A DNA stretch of 64,000 bases from Camelus dromedarius (Eukaryota), in the NCBI RefSeq assembly GCF_036321535.1, contig NC_087437.1:68264001-68328000 (forward strand). Direction: 5' to 3'. Positions 1-10,845 of the stretch are shown one piece after another. Position 1 is the stretch's first letter. Every line of letters begins with the position of its first letter. The notes below the pieces were generated by a model. The model saw only the letters and a list, made by a program, of their open reading frames with translations, was not told the DNA's origin and made no database searches. Position numbers and translations under genes: made by a program.

Positions 1-406
1 GCTGTTAGAAAGGACAACACAACAAGTTGCTTAAACAACACAACCTTGTTTAAGTCCAAGGTCAACGTGTCAGCAGGGATGCTTCCATCTGAGGGCTCGC
101 AGAGAGAACCTGTTCCAGGACTCTCACCTGTCTCCTGGTGGTTTGCTGGAAGTCTTTGGCATCCCTTGGCTTGTAAAATCACCACTGATCTCTCCATCTT
201 TACATGCCTTCCTGCTATGTGGGTGCCTGTGTCCAAATTCCCTTTTTATAAGGATACCAGTCAGATGAGGGCCCACCCTAATGACCTCATCTTAACTAAT
301 TATGTCTGTGATGACCCTGTTTCCAAATGAGATCATATTTTGAGGTGTTGGGTGTTAGCATTTCAATGTATGAAATGGGGAGTGCGGCACAATTCAACTT
401 GCAACA
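1..406 (-). mobile_element. MaLR solo LTR, MLT1B/MLT1C-like
   Basis: Reverse complement starts TGTTGCAAGTTGAATTGTG and contains typical MLT1 blocks (TTTGGAAACAGGGTC, AAGATGAGGTCATTAGGGTGGGCCCT, GACTGGTATCCTTATAAAAAGGG, GCCAAGGGATGCC). The LTR 3' end is at or beyond the window start. Confidence 0.8.
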
Positions 407-448
407 TGCCCACTTGGCTAAGCAATTTGCATATGTACTTGATAAGCC

Positions 449-910
449 TATCAATCAGGGTTCCACTAGAGCAACCAGATCTAGTAGGGAGTGTGTGTGT
501 GTGTGTATGTGTAAAGGGAGAGACAGAGACAGAGAGGGAGAGCGAGAGAGAGGAGAGAGTGATTGCTTGCAAGGAATTATAATGCAATTATGAGCGCTGT
601 CGGGGCAAATCCAAAATCTGTAGGGCAGGCCATCAGGAAGGGAAAGGCTATTTGGAAACTTCTGTTCAGGAGCTGATGCTACAGTCCACAGAGAATTTCT
701 TCCTCCTCAGGAAAACTTCAGTTCTGTTCTTAAGGCCTTAAACTGAATCCCACTGAGATTATCCAGAATCATCTCCTCTTCATAAAACTAAATGATGGTA
801 GCTGGTGAGCACATCTACAAAATGCCTTCCTAGCAACACCTAGATAACTGTTGGATTGAATAATTGTGTACTCCAGCCTAGCCAACTTGACACAAAAACT
901 GACTACCACA
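449..910 (-). mobile_element. ERVL solo LTR, MLT2-like, with internal (TG)n/(GA)n tract
   Basis: Reverse complement starts TGTGGTAGTCAGTTTTTGTGTCAAGTTGGCTAGGCT (MLT2 5' motif) and ends ...GGAACCCTGATTGATA. The internal simple repeat at ~492-560 is typical of MLT2. Confidence 0.8.
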
Positions 911-1959
911 ATAATTAACAGGGAAGGAGGCAAGAAGAGGCTACTGCATTATTCTTGGGTCCCCTGAACTGGGGGGAGTGATCTTGGTTGTATTACCCAG
1001 CAGTGGTGGGCTCTGTGTTTGGTGGACTGGCATGCATAGGGCTTGCATTCTGTTCCATCATAACCAGGACCCTTTCTGCCACAGCCTCAAGGCCGCCTCC
1101 TCCTCCCTTCAAGTGCACATCATGAAGCTCTGGCTTCATTCTTTCAACCTAATCTTGTGTTCTCTGAGGAAAAAGTGCCCAGAGCAATTTTTACCCCATC
1201 ACACACTGGTAATCATTTTATTTTTCTGATTATGTTTTCCTCTCTCTCTCAGCCCTTTGGTAAATTACTTAGGGAACCTTTCTTCTCATTCTCTCTTTTT
1301 CTGTCTGTCTCTATGCTAAGTGCCAGCTGTCATTGCTTGGCAGATAATTACCATTTTACAAACAGTATTTAGGGAAATGACATCAGTTTGTGAATGTATG
1401 GCTGTCAGGGCTTATTCACAGGGCTTTCCTCTGTGAACCATCTTCTCTGTGTGCAGGCTGGGTGGAAGCAGTGGGGATGGAGGGGAGGGGAACAGGGAAG
1501 ACCCCTTGGCTCCCAGATTTTGGAGAACAGTTGTATCCCATTTGTCACTGTTGGTCTGACAACCCTCATTTCACTCGTCCCCAATTCCCCATGCCATATT
1601 CTGCTTTCAGTGGGTAAATAAATGATTGCTCGTACCAGTTCAGTGGATTAGCCTTCCCTTTTGTAGTTTTTGTAGCTTGAGGAAGCAGGTGGGTAGAAAT
1701 GCAGCAGGTACTGGTTTCTGTCTTCAATGATCATTTGTATTGCATGGTGCAGGTCTCTTGATGATTCTGTTGGGTGAAAAAAAACATAGAATATTATGAA
1801 ACATATAAAGTATGCTAGCTTAAATTTCTTAAGTTAGTTAAATAATCTGCCTCCCAGCAATGTTGTTTTAAAGATCCTGCTAAGTACATAGATTGAGTAG
1901 GTAGAAACAGGCTAAGAAAACATTTGTTAACTTCAGTTAGGGATGTCAGCCGATATCCT

Positions 1960-2250
1960 GAAAAGAGCACTAGATTTTGAGTGAGGTAATCTGCATCCTA
2001 TTCTGGGCTCTTAGGTGGGAAAGGTAAGTAATTTGGTCTATACAGCGCTTAGTTTTCCATTGTAAAATAATATTGATGGTGATGCAAATTTTTTCTGTGT
2101 CAGAAACAGTTCCAAGTATTTTGTTTATGTTAATTACTTAACTTCTCGATACCAATGGATTTATTCTATTATACATATTTTACCAATGAGGAAATGGAGA
2201 CACAAAGGTTTAGTTACCCTTTTCTCGTGCCAGGTTGATAACTATGTAAC
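1960..2250. mobile_element. Degenerate MIR fragments in both orientations
   Basis: GAAAAGAGCACTAGATTTTGAGT...CTTAGTTTTCCATTGTAAAAT on +, followed by ATTTTACCAATGAGGAAATGGAGACACAAAGG, the MIR core on -. Confidence 0.5.
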
Positions 2251-2879
2251 TAGAGAATTCCTAGTCCTTCCCAGGCCTAAGGAAAAGATTCTGTGATGGC
2301 AGCAAATTAGGCTGAATAGCGAACACTTTGTTGAGTTGAATTACAGTTTTTATTGAATCAGAGAACTGATCAGAATGAACAAGCAGAATGAGTTCAAGCT
2401 TGTGGCAAGTCATTCGGTACATTTTTACAGTAGGAAATATAAGCAGTTTCCGATTCACTAATTGCTAATTTACCTACAAAGATCTCTTTAATAAGAACCG
2501 TCCCTTAGTTCATAAAGCTGTAGCCCCGGTGGCCTGGTTCCTTCCCATCACAGCTGAGGAAGTTCTCATTTTTTATTCTCCTGTAATTCCACATTTGCTT
2601 TCTTCCCTTCCCCTTCTTCTCTATGACTTATGTGCAGCCAGAATTTCACCAAAGGGTTTCCACCTCTTAAGCTAGAACTGAGAATCAGTGTAATGTAGAA
2701 TAAATATGATACAATCGGCTTTAGAGTTTACACGTCTTTCAACATTGTAACTTGGTGATGTGACATGGGGGGTTGAATTGAATTCCATGAGTACAACTAC
2801 AACCCCATGAAAGCCCCTGGTTTGGTGGACAAAACATAAAACAGCAGACCTGGGAGGTTTCTTCTCAAATACTAATCTT

Positions 2880-3040
2880 GCCAATTTTTGGTCCTACAGC
2901 CTCAAGTAAGTCATTTAATGTCACTTTTTCTCATCTGGAACATGGAGATAATAATCTCCTTGCAGTATTGTTTTGACAAAAAGAGATAATATATCCTGTG
3001 TATGTTGGAACTCAATGGATAGTAACCGTTGTTATCAATC
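2880..3040 (+). mobile_element. MIR fragment
   Basis: AAGTCATTTAA...TTTTCTCATCTGGAACATGGAGATAATAAT, similar to the MIR core. Confidence 0.5.
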
Positions 3041-3329
3041 ATGCTCTTACAAAACCACTCGTGCCAGGTTGGTAACTATTTTATCAGACCCACATTCTAA
3101 AGAAACAACTCCCATGATGGTATTTATGAGAATTGTTTTACAAATTGGGGGTTATTCATGCATGATTTCAAAATATTCCCTTTTATTTAGTTTTTTTTGT
3201 GTTTGGGTTAAAGATAGATGAAGCAAATAAATTACTCAGGTCTTAGCAACTGAATTAAATGTGATGATTCAGAATTTGTGATAAAACTAGTCCCATTTGA
3301 CATTCTGGTGGAGATTGGGTGAAACCACA

Positions 3330-3330
<1 letters not shown>

Positions 3331-3363
<33 letters not shown>
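3331..3363 (+). repeat. (CA)n microsatellite, about 16 units
   Basis: Directly visible. Confidence 0.95.
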
Positions 3364-3365
<2 letters not shown>

Positions 3366-4330
3366 CACACAAGACTGTCCCCAGTGCTTCCATTTCTGAC
3401 CTATGTTGATAGAACCTTTCCCTTTTCTTGATCCAAAACTTCCATTTAATATCACTCCTCTGTAGACCACAGAGGTGAAGAACATGGCTCCACAACAAAC
3501 ACTGTTAAAATATCTTTTGGCACCTAGAAAGAAAGAGCCCCAAAACGGACTTTTCTAGACTTTTTCCATTAACACATAAACAGGTGTGGACTTATCAGAT
3601 TAGGTAGTTAGATGGAGGTGTTGAAATGTGAGGCTGAAATGAAAACAGGAAATGGGCATTGAAAAAAAAAGCATTAGCACAGAAGACAAACTGCTCCCTC
3701 ACACTTATGCCCAAGGTAGTCAGAATGTGAGCCCAAGCCTGATGCTCTAGGCGTTCATTATCCACGGATTCAAATTTTCTGCTTATAACTTTTCATATTA
3801 TTAATATATGACTCAATAACAAAAGGTCAGAAGGTAGGGTGGCTAAAAAATTTCCTGTAATAAAACAGGTCCACATTCTGAGGAAATATTTCACTGGGTG
3901 GATAGTTTTTACACTAAGGCTGTGACTGTGAGGGAAAAAATGAGATACAAAAATAAAGGTATTATTTATTTATACCTCACCTTGTTCCAGAGAAGATTTA
4001 GAGTAGAAACTAAGGTAATTATCTGATTATGCAAGTGAAAGAAACAAGTAAATGACCCAGGCTTTAAGAAATAAAGCCATGTGTGTATTGTACTCTAGAT
4101 TGAAAGTTTAGCTTTGTATTGTATATACTTTAGAGGAACAAAATCGGATGAACAGGAACTACTAAGGACATGGTAAATTATCTTCTGCTGTGATCAGAAG
4201 TGGGTCATCCATGTACAAAGTTGAGAGAAGACAAGTATATGGGTGGGTGAGGAACTCTTAGGGAGGGAGAAAGTCCATCCTTTTCTTCTCTTCATCTCGA
4301 GGCCATAGACAACATGTCTTCTTACTCTTT

Positions 4331-4622
4331 GTGTGGCTACTGAGCACTTGAAATGTGACTAGTCTAAACTGAGATGCACTGTCAGTGTGATAATGCACAC
4401 CAGATTTCTAGGACTTAGTATGAAATCTTTAAACTATCCCATTGATATTTTTTGCACTGATTATATATTGAAATAATATAGGTATTGGGTTAAGTAAAAT
4501 TGGTTTATGAAACTTGAATTTACTTATTTTAACTTTTTTTTAGTGTGGTTACTAGGAAATATAAAATTATATATGTGGCTCTCATTGGGTGCTGGCAATA
4601 TATTTTTGTTCGAGAGTGCTGG
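4331..4622 (-). mobile_element. MER33-like hAT-Charlie non-autonomous DNA transposon
   Basis: TGTGGCTACTGAGCACTTGAAATGTGACTAGTC...GACTTAGTATGAAA...GTGGTTACTAGGAAATATAAAATTATATATGTGGCTC...GAGAGTGCTG matches the recalled MER33 consensus in reverse. Confidence 0.8.
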
Positions 4623-7444
4623 ACTAGACATGCAGTTCAAGCACAGAATCCCATGAGGGGCTGTAAGCTGGTGATGGTGCTACAGAGAATCAGAACAACA
4701 TCCCTGTTGTGGATTGGGGTCAGGGCGGGGGAAGCTTCCAGCTTGGTGGGAGAATACAAAGGGATTTTTTCACAGTTATCATACAGATCTAATTAGCTGA
4801 GACATTTTCATCAGCTTCAGTGCCCATAGTTAGCTAACTCAAGGAGAATGGAAAAGAGTGATGTGGAACTTTGCTCCTTTCCTATTGCATATCCATAAAG
4901 ATGAAAGAAAAATTAAGCAAATGATTCAGCTTCCGGTTTCTACTTCCTTCTTCAGAGAGAGCTTATTATGCTTGAAAATCCTTATATTTGTTTATTATTG
5001 TTGACTTTTTATTCTAAATGGCGTTGCCATTCCACTGGGTCAGTATCTCCTCGAAGAAATTGCAGCTGCTGAAAGAAGCAAGTGCTCCTATTATGTTTGG
5101 AACACAGCTGTCTTGTTTGCTGGAGAGCCGAGATAGTTTTATCCCTGTCTCAGATGGACCCTCACTAGATGGCTTAGTCACTTAACTTCTTTCTGCTTCT
5201 GTGTTCCAAACTCTAATATTTGATAATTTTGTGAGACACACTGGAGCCCTTTTGGGCCCGTGTGTAGTTCACCTCTGCCCCCCGTTTGGCAGAAAGGCAA
5301 CGTGTGAGTCTGCCCGGTCACCTATCTGCTCCTTGTTCTACATCTTAAAACCACAACAGGTTTTATGGTTGAGGAAAGCATGTCTAGGTGGTGTCTCTTT
5401 CTCCTTCCAGCCCCCATTCTTTAAATTGGGTCTAAACTGGTTACTATGGCAACACAAGCCCTAGAAATTTAGGTCTTTTTTAAACTACATCCTACTTTGA
5501 GAAGCCCTGTAAAAACAATATTTCTGTATGGTGCCAGAGTCTGGTTCATTTTAATTTAAAGCTGATGCCAGTTAGAAAAGAAGAGTGATCAAAATAAAAT
5601 TGAAAAATACATGTATCCCCCTAAACCTTTAGGAAACCAGCCCCTAGGTACTGTAGGAGAGTAACCACTCTGTTAGAGATATACCTGTGGAGCTGTCAGT
5701 CTACAAGTGGCAGTGGGAAATTTCCTTAGACAGAAAAAATACCTCTAAGAGATTTAAAGATCCTATTGAAATTCACACTGCGAATCACCAGTCCCCACAA
5801 AAGGCCCCTTAAGCTGAGACAGTGAATGAACACAAGACTCCCTGACTGGGCCGATGCTGACAGCCTTGGCACCACTCTTCATATTCCGGCAGCCTCTACT
5901 GTCAGCTGCGCAGCCCGTGGGACCCTCAGAGGCCTGGGGAGAGGCAGGCGGAAGGTTTTCTCAGGGCCTTGTGAACTCCTGGCTGGGCTACAAGCTAAGA
6001 TGTGCGTTTAATCAGATTCCCTCTGTGCTTAGGAGAAAAGAAAAGAAAAAAAAAAAGGCTGATTTCAAATTCACTTTAGGATTTAAAATCTATTATGTCT
6101 TCCAGTTGAGTTCTTTGCACACCTGGAATTTCCTTTAATCACCTTCTTCAGCATTCAAGTACCACTGGTGGACTGACTGGCGAGATTGCCCTGTAAGGCT
6201 CTGTAAACCTGAGATCGGCTTGCTTTTATGGCTTTCCTCATCAACTCTATTTTCTGCTCTCATCTGCTTGCCTTCACACACACACCCTTTGACATGGCAT
6301 CTCCCATTGGCCTTGACATATGTCTTTATTCTTCTTCTCTTCACTTTTCAAAATGTATGTGAAAGCACTAGATTGGCGCCCAGAGGTCTGAGTTCTATTC
6401 CTGGATTTTCTGCATTCTCTATTCATGACCTTGAAAGGGAGGGCTTTGTTCTTCTTTCCCTCTGATCAGGATTTGGTAAAAATGAATGTGATATAATTGA
6501 TCATGTCTGGGGTGACAATGAAATGGAGCAGTACTGGGTCTTTTCAGAGAGCTCTCAGCTAGGGAATAGAAGAGCTGGCTACTCTTGCTAGTCTTAAAAC
6601 CTAAGTACAGATGCAAAGCAAAAAATGTAGGACATGGTACCAGCTGAGATAATAGAAGAATAAGTGTACAAACTTTGGCACAACAATCAAGATTAAACAA
6701 AAGGCAGAGTTCTAAAGAAAATTGCATAATAAATAATAATTTGTACAGCATTTATATATGATTTTACACATGCATTCATTTTTTAGTACTTTGCTAATGA
6801 TTAGTAGAAAGACATTGTTTAAAATAATCACATTTCAAAGCCTCTCACCTACCTGGCTAGAGTTCTTTCATTGGGGCTGAAGACTGGCAAGTATAATAAC
6901 CCATGGTCCCAGGGAAAGGCAGATGTGGCAAGCATCATGGCTTTGGAGATCATTAGTCACTCAGAGAGGTATTCCATGCAAACCTCTAAGCCAGGCTGTA
7001 TTACAGATTTCTAAGCAACACTCTACAGCTACATATCAGGAATGACATCCCTGGGGACAAGCAAGTCTCAGAGGTTATAGATGATGTCAGGGTGTCTGTA
7101 GCCCACCTAAAAGTTGCCGCAGGGGTTGCCAGCTACATTCCTTCGTAAGAACAAATCATTAACACTCTGGGGGCTTCATTTTTTTCCTGTCATGCTCACT
7201 GGGGGGAAAGCAACATCCTGCTCAATACAAACGGTTCTGTGCAAAATCTGTCTCTTTTGAAGTCATTTTGGAAATACAAAACTTAAGTTTGTGTATACAG
7301 CAGACCTAATTATTTCCTTTTGCACTGTCATTGTTGAAGCATCCGATTTTCAGAGTAGTGATGACTCTAGACGGTTGTCTGCAAAGTGAGTTTTGTCAGT
7401 TCTGTATATGAAATATTATTTTCCTCATTATGTATCATTTAAAT

Positions 7445-8290
7445 TAAGTTTAATTCAGCAAACATTTCTGAGAGCCTATTACATGCCCAGTACTATGCCG
7501 AACGTATGGGCTTCAGAGATGAATAAGATGCAGCTGTTACCTTCAAGAAGCTAGCAATCTAGCTAGAGAATCAGACCTCTCAAAAATTAACTCTGGCAGA
7601 ATGTGATGTATGCTATAATGACTGCATGGAAAAAAAAAAGAAGCAGAAGGGAGAGAGCAATTGATTCCACTCAGATAGGTCAGGGACACCATCTCAGAAA
7701 TGAAATTAGAGCTGGGCTTTGAAGGATGTTGTAAGATTTTTCTAAGAGTGAAGAGTAGGAGGAGGAAAGTCCAGGCAAAAAGAATGCAGAGTACAAGGCA
7801 CAAAGACAAAGTGCAAATGCAGGGAAAGGTCATGCGAAAGGAAAAAAAAAAATGAAAGAAGGAAAAAAAAATGCTGTCACTGAAATGTATGGCGGAGGGT
7901 TAGCAGGACAGGGAATTCTGAGCATCCTTGTCTGTGTCCTGTTCCCTGGCAACCCATGAATCTCTTAAGGCAGGGGATGCCATATCAGATTGTTTTTTTA
8001 CAAACATAACTCTAATAGCACATGGAGAAAACCAGATTCAAAGGGCAGGACTGGCACATAGGTAGGAGTTGCAACTCTGGTAGCAAGTAACATTACCAAT
8101 GATGACCCTCCCATAAGGTAAAAAGAGGTAAGGACTCCAGGAACTCTGGTATACCTCACCATGAGAGGCAAGTGGAGAAGGAGTAAGAGGAGAAGATGAT
8201 GTCAAACAGGAATCAAACGTGGAAGAAATGTTCAGAGTATGATCATTGAAGCCAGCTAAGGAGAGCATATCACAAAACCGGAATATAAGG
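7445..8290 (-). mobile_element. L2 LINE 3' fragment(s)
   Basis: Starts ATTCAGCAAACATTTCTGAGAGCCTATTACATGCCCAGTACTATGC (L2 3' end in reverse), followed by purine-rich L2-like sequence (GAGCTGGGCTTTGAAGGATG). Confidence 0.6.
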
Positions 8291-8364
8291 GAAGTAGAAT
8301 TTGGTTTTTGTTTTGTTATGTCAGCTTAGATAACCAAGTTCAGTGTGAATACAGGAGAAGAGGG

Positions 8365-8525
8365 GAGGCTCAGAGGCAGACAGACTTGGATTCTATTCCT
8401 CAACTTACCACTTGTTCTCTGTGGGATCTTGACAAATGGTTTATTCTCTCCAAGCCTGTTTCTTCATCTGCAGCAAAGGGTTTGTCATGAAGAGGAACTG
8501 AAAAATGTATACAAAACACCAGCAA
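8365..8525 (+). mobile_element. MIR
   Basis: GAGGCAGACAGACTTGGATTCTATTCC...GATCTTGACAAATGG...GTTTCTTCATCTGCA. Confidence 0.6.
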
Positions 8526-8857
8526 AAGGTGACATAAGAGCAGCCAGCTGGCCATGGCAGTCCCCTCTATGTCCAGGCAGACAGCAGAGGCTGTGATGAG
8601 AGCAAGTGGGCCTGAGCATCAAGGTCAGGGCTGAAAGAAGAATCCTGGTGGGGGAAGGGCTCAGCCCTGGAGGCTTCAGGAAGAGGCATTGAGCTAGAAG
8701 GGCTACTGCTCTTCTGCTTTTAGCTGCAGAGAGTAACCTCTGTGGTCAATCTGTGTCCCAGAGTCTAGGGTACTTAGTGACTGTGTGAGCCACGTGCTTG
8801 GCCATGTCAGCACCCACAGGAAGTGTTGAAGTGTGACGACTCACCAGGCATGACTGA

Positions 8858-8975
8858 AACACTTACTGAGGGCCCAGCACTGGGCTAGGTTTGGGGGGAC
8901 ACAGAGACGTTAAGGCAGGGTCCTGTCTTTGGAGAACTCCGAAGCTAGTGGGAGAAAAGATGCACACATATTGAC
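8858..8975 (-). mobile_element. L2 3' fragment
   Basis: AAACACTTACTGAGGG...CAGCACTGGGCTAGGTTTGGGGGGACACAGAG...CTAGTGGGAGA. Confidence 0.55.
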
Positions 8976-9759
8976 AACAATTAGGAAGTTATACCAGGCT
9001 CAGGGGTTTATATAATAGGGAGTTAGAAATGAGGGTAAGAGATAGGAGGTAGACTCAAGGCTGTGTTGGAACTTGGAAGCCTCCAATTGTGCCTCCAGGT
9101 GAGAGACACTAAAATGGTGGGCTCAAATTCATATTCTAGCTCCGTGATGACAAACAGTCCAGTGAAGTAGAACATGAAGGCATCACAAGAACCAAATAGA
9201 AGACCTTCTTTCCAGAGGAGCTCCCTGGCGTTGCCTTCCTCTCTCCTGATACTAAGGCCAAATGCCTCAAGCTCTCCCTCTCTACCCACCTCCCTTCTGT
9301 CTCCATCATTTTAAGTTTCATCTGCTTCTTTTACTGACTGAGCTTCTTCTCAGTTCAAAGGAGCTGAAACAAAAAGAAAGAAAAGAACAGGAAAAAAACA
9401 TCCAAAGCTCAAGAGAAGAGGCTACTGAGGGGCCACTTGTAGACATGTTGAGGCACCAAAGCTTCAGAGAGAATGAGCTGCCTGAGTGAGTGCAGCTGGG
9501 TGAAATTAGTGTTTCCTGACACCCATCCCAGCACTTTGAGAACAGGCAGGATATGCACATCAAATAAGGGGAGGCCATATGCCCATGCCAAGGGTGGGCT
9601 CAAGCCAACAGAAAGCAGAACTTTCCTGTGGCATATCATCTATCAAGTCCTGAGGTCACAACCTCTGACACAAATACCCGAGGGGCTAATAACCCAGGAT
9701 TTATTAGCCCAATGAGGATTTACACATATAGATGTCCCCAGAGAGATAAAAATGAGGTG

Positions 9760-9972
9760 ATGGAGCAAAGATTGGCTTGAATCTTTGCTTTATAACCTGC
9801 TAGCTAGGTTCTTTAGAAAAATCAGTTCACCTCTTCAAGACATGCTTTCCTCATCATTTCTTTTCATGTGTAAAACTTCACCACAGTGTTTGCACAAGAA
9901 TTCTGTGAGATAAAATATCTGAATGTGCCTAGCACAGAGATTGGCATATGGGAGGTGCTTAATAAATACTCA
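9760..9972 (+). mobile_element. MIR
   Basis: TTTCCTCATC...GTGAGATAAAATATCTGAATGTGCCTAGCACAGAGATTGGCATATGGGAGGTGCTTAATAAATA (MIR 3' end). Confidence 0.65.
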
Positions 9973-10059
9973 TTGATATCAGATGAAATAATTCTTCCAA
10001 GAGCTTGCTGTGTTGACATTTGCTGTCTTGCTCATGAGTCCAGCTAATGCCAATGTAGC

Positions 10060-10510
10060 CCAAATTTCAATCCCCAATATAGACATCCCTTTTGAAGTCT
10101 AGATTTATATATTTCACTGTGTACTTAATATCCTACTGGAATATCTAATAAATACCTCAAACTGAAACTATCAAAAGCTGAACTACTGGTCTCAGACCAT
10201 CTCCTTGCATATGCCTCTCCATCATGGTTGGTGGCAAATCCATTCTTCCAGCTGCATAACCCTAAAATGTCAGGATCCCTTCCCTTCACCCGTCACCTAT
10301 GAGAGATACCACCATGTCTTGTTGCTCTGCCTTCAAAGTATATCTAGCATTTCACCACCTTTCTCTCCTTATACTGCTGCCATTTTTATCTGAGCAATAT
10401 GAATGCTTGTCAGTATTACTGCAAAGGGTCCCTAGTGGCGTTTTCTGCTTTAACTCTTGACTCCCTATAGTTTTTCTCAACAGAGCAGTCAGGGTGATCT
10501 AATTCAACAT
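10060..10510 (+). mobile_element. L2 fragment
   Basis: CTACTGGAATATCTAATAAATACCTCAAACTGAAACTATCAAAAGCTGAACT...CTCTGCCTTCAAAGTATATC...CAGAGCAGTCAGGGTGATCT. Confidence 0.65.
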
Positions 10511-10826
10511 CTAAGAGTATGAATTAATCATTTAGGTCCTAAGGCAAACGTATAGATGTGCGCTCTCTTTTTTTCCCTCTTTCATCTGTTCTTTCTTTCA
10601 TTTGTGAAGATTGAGACTGAGTGAAAAGAGAAAGACAGAGAACCAAGGTAGTGCTGGTTTTCGTGAGAAGAAAGGGGCATGTGAAGAAAGGAGCCACATA
10701 ATTATAATTGAATGTTGCCCCAAAAGTATGGAGGCTAAGAAAGGAGCATTGAATTTGGCTAGTATGGAAAAACGTAATCTCATAGGATAAGTGAAGAGAT
10801 ACTAGTTGATAAAGGTTTCTGTCAAG

Positions 10827-10845
10827 TGTGTGTGTGTGTGTGTGT
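10827..10845 (+). repeat. (TG)n microsatellite
   Basis: Directly visible. Confidence 0.9.

Noticed and set aside
6027..6060. Minus-strand splice acceptor after a long pyrimidine tract
   Set aside because: The tract is simply an A-rich low-complexity run on +, and no clear matching donor was found.
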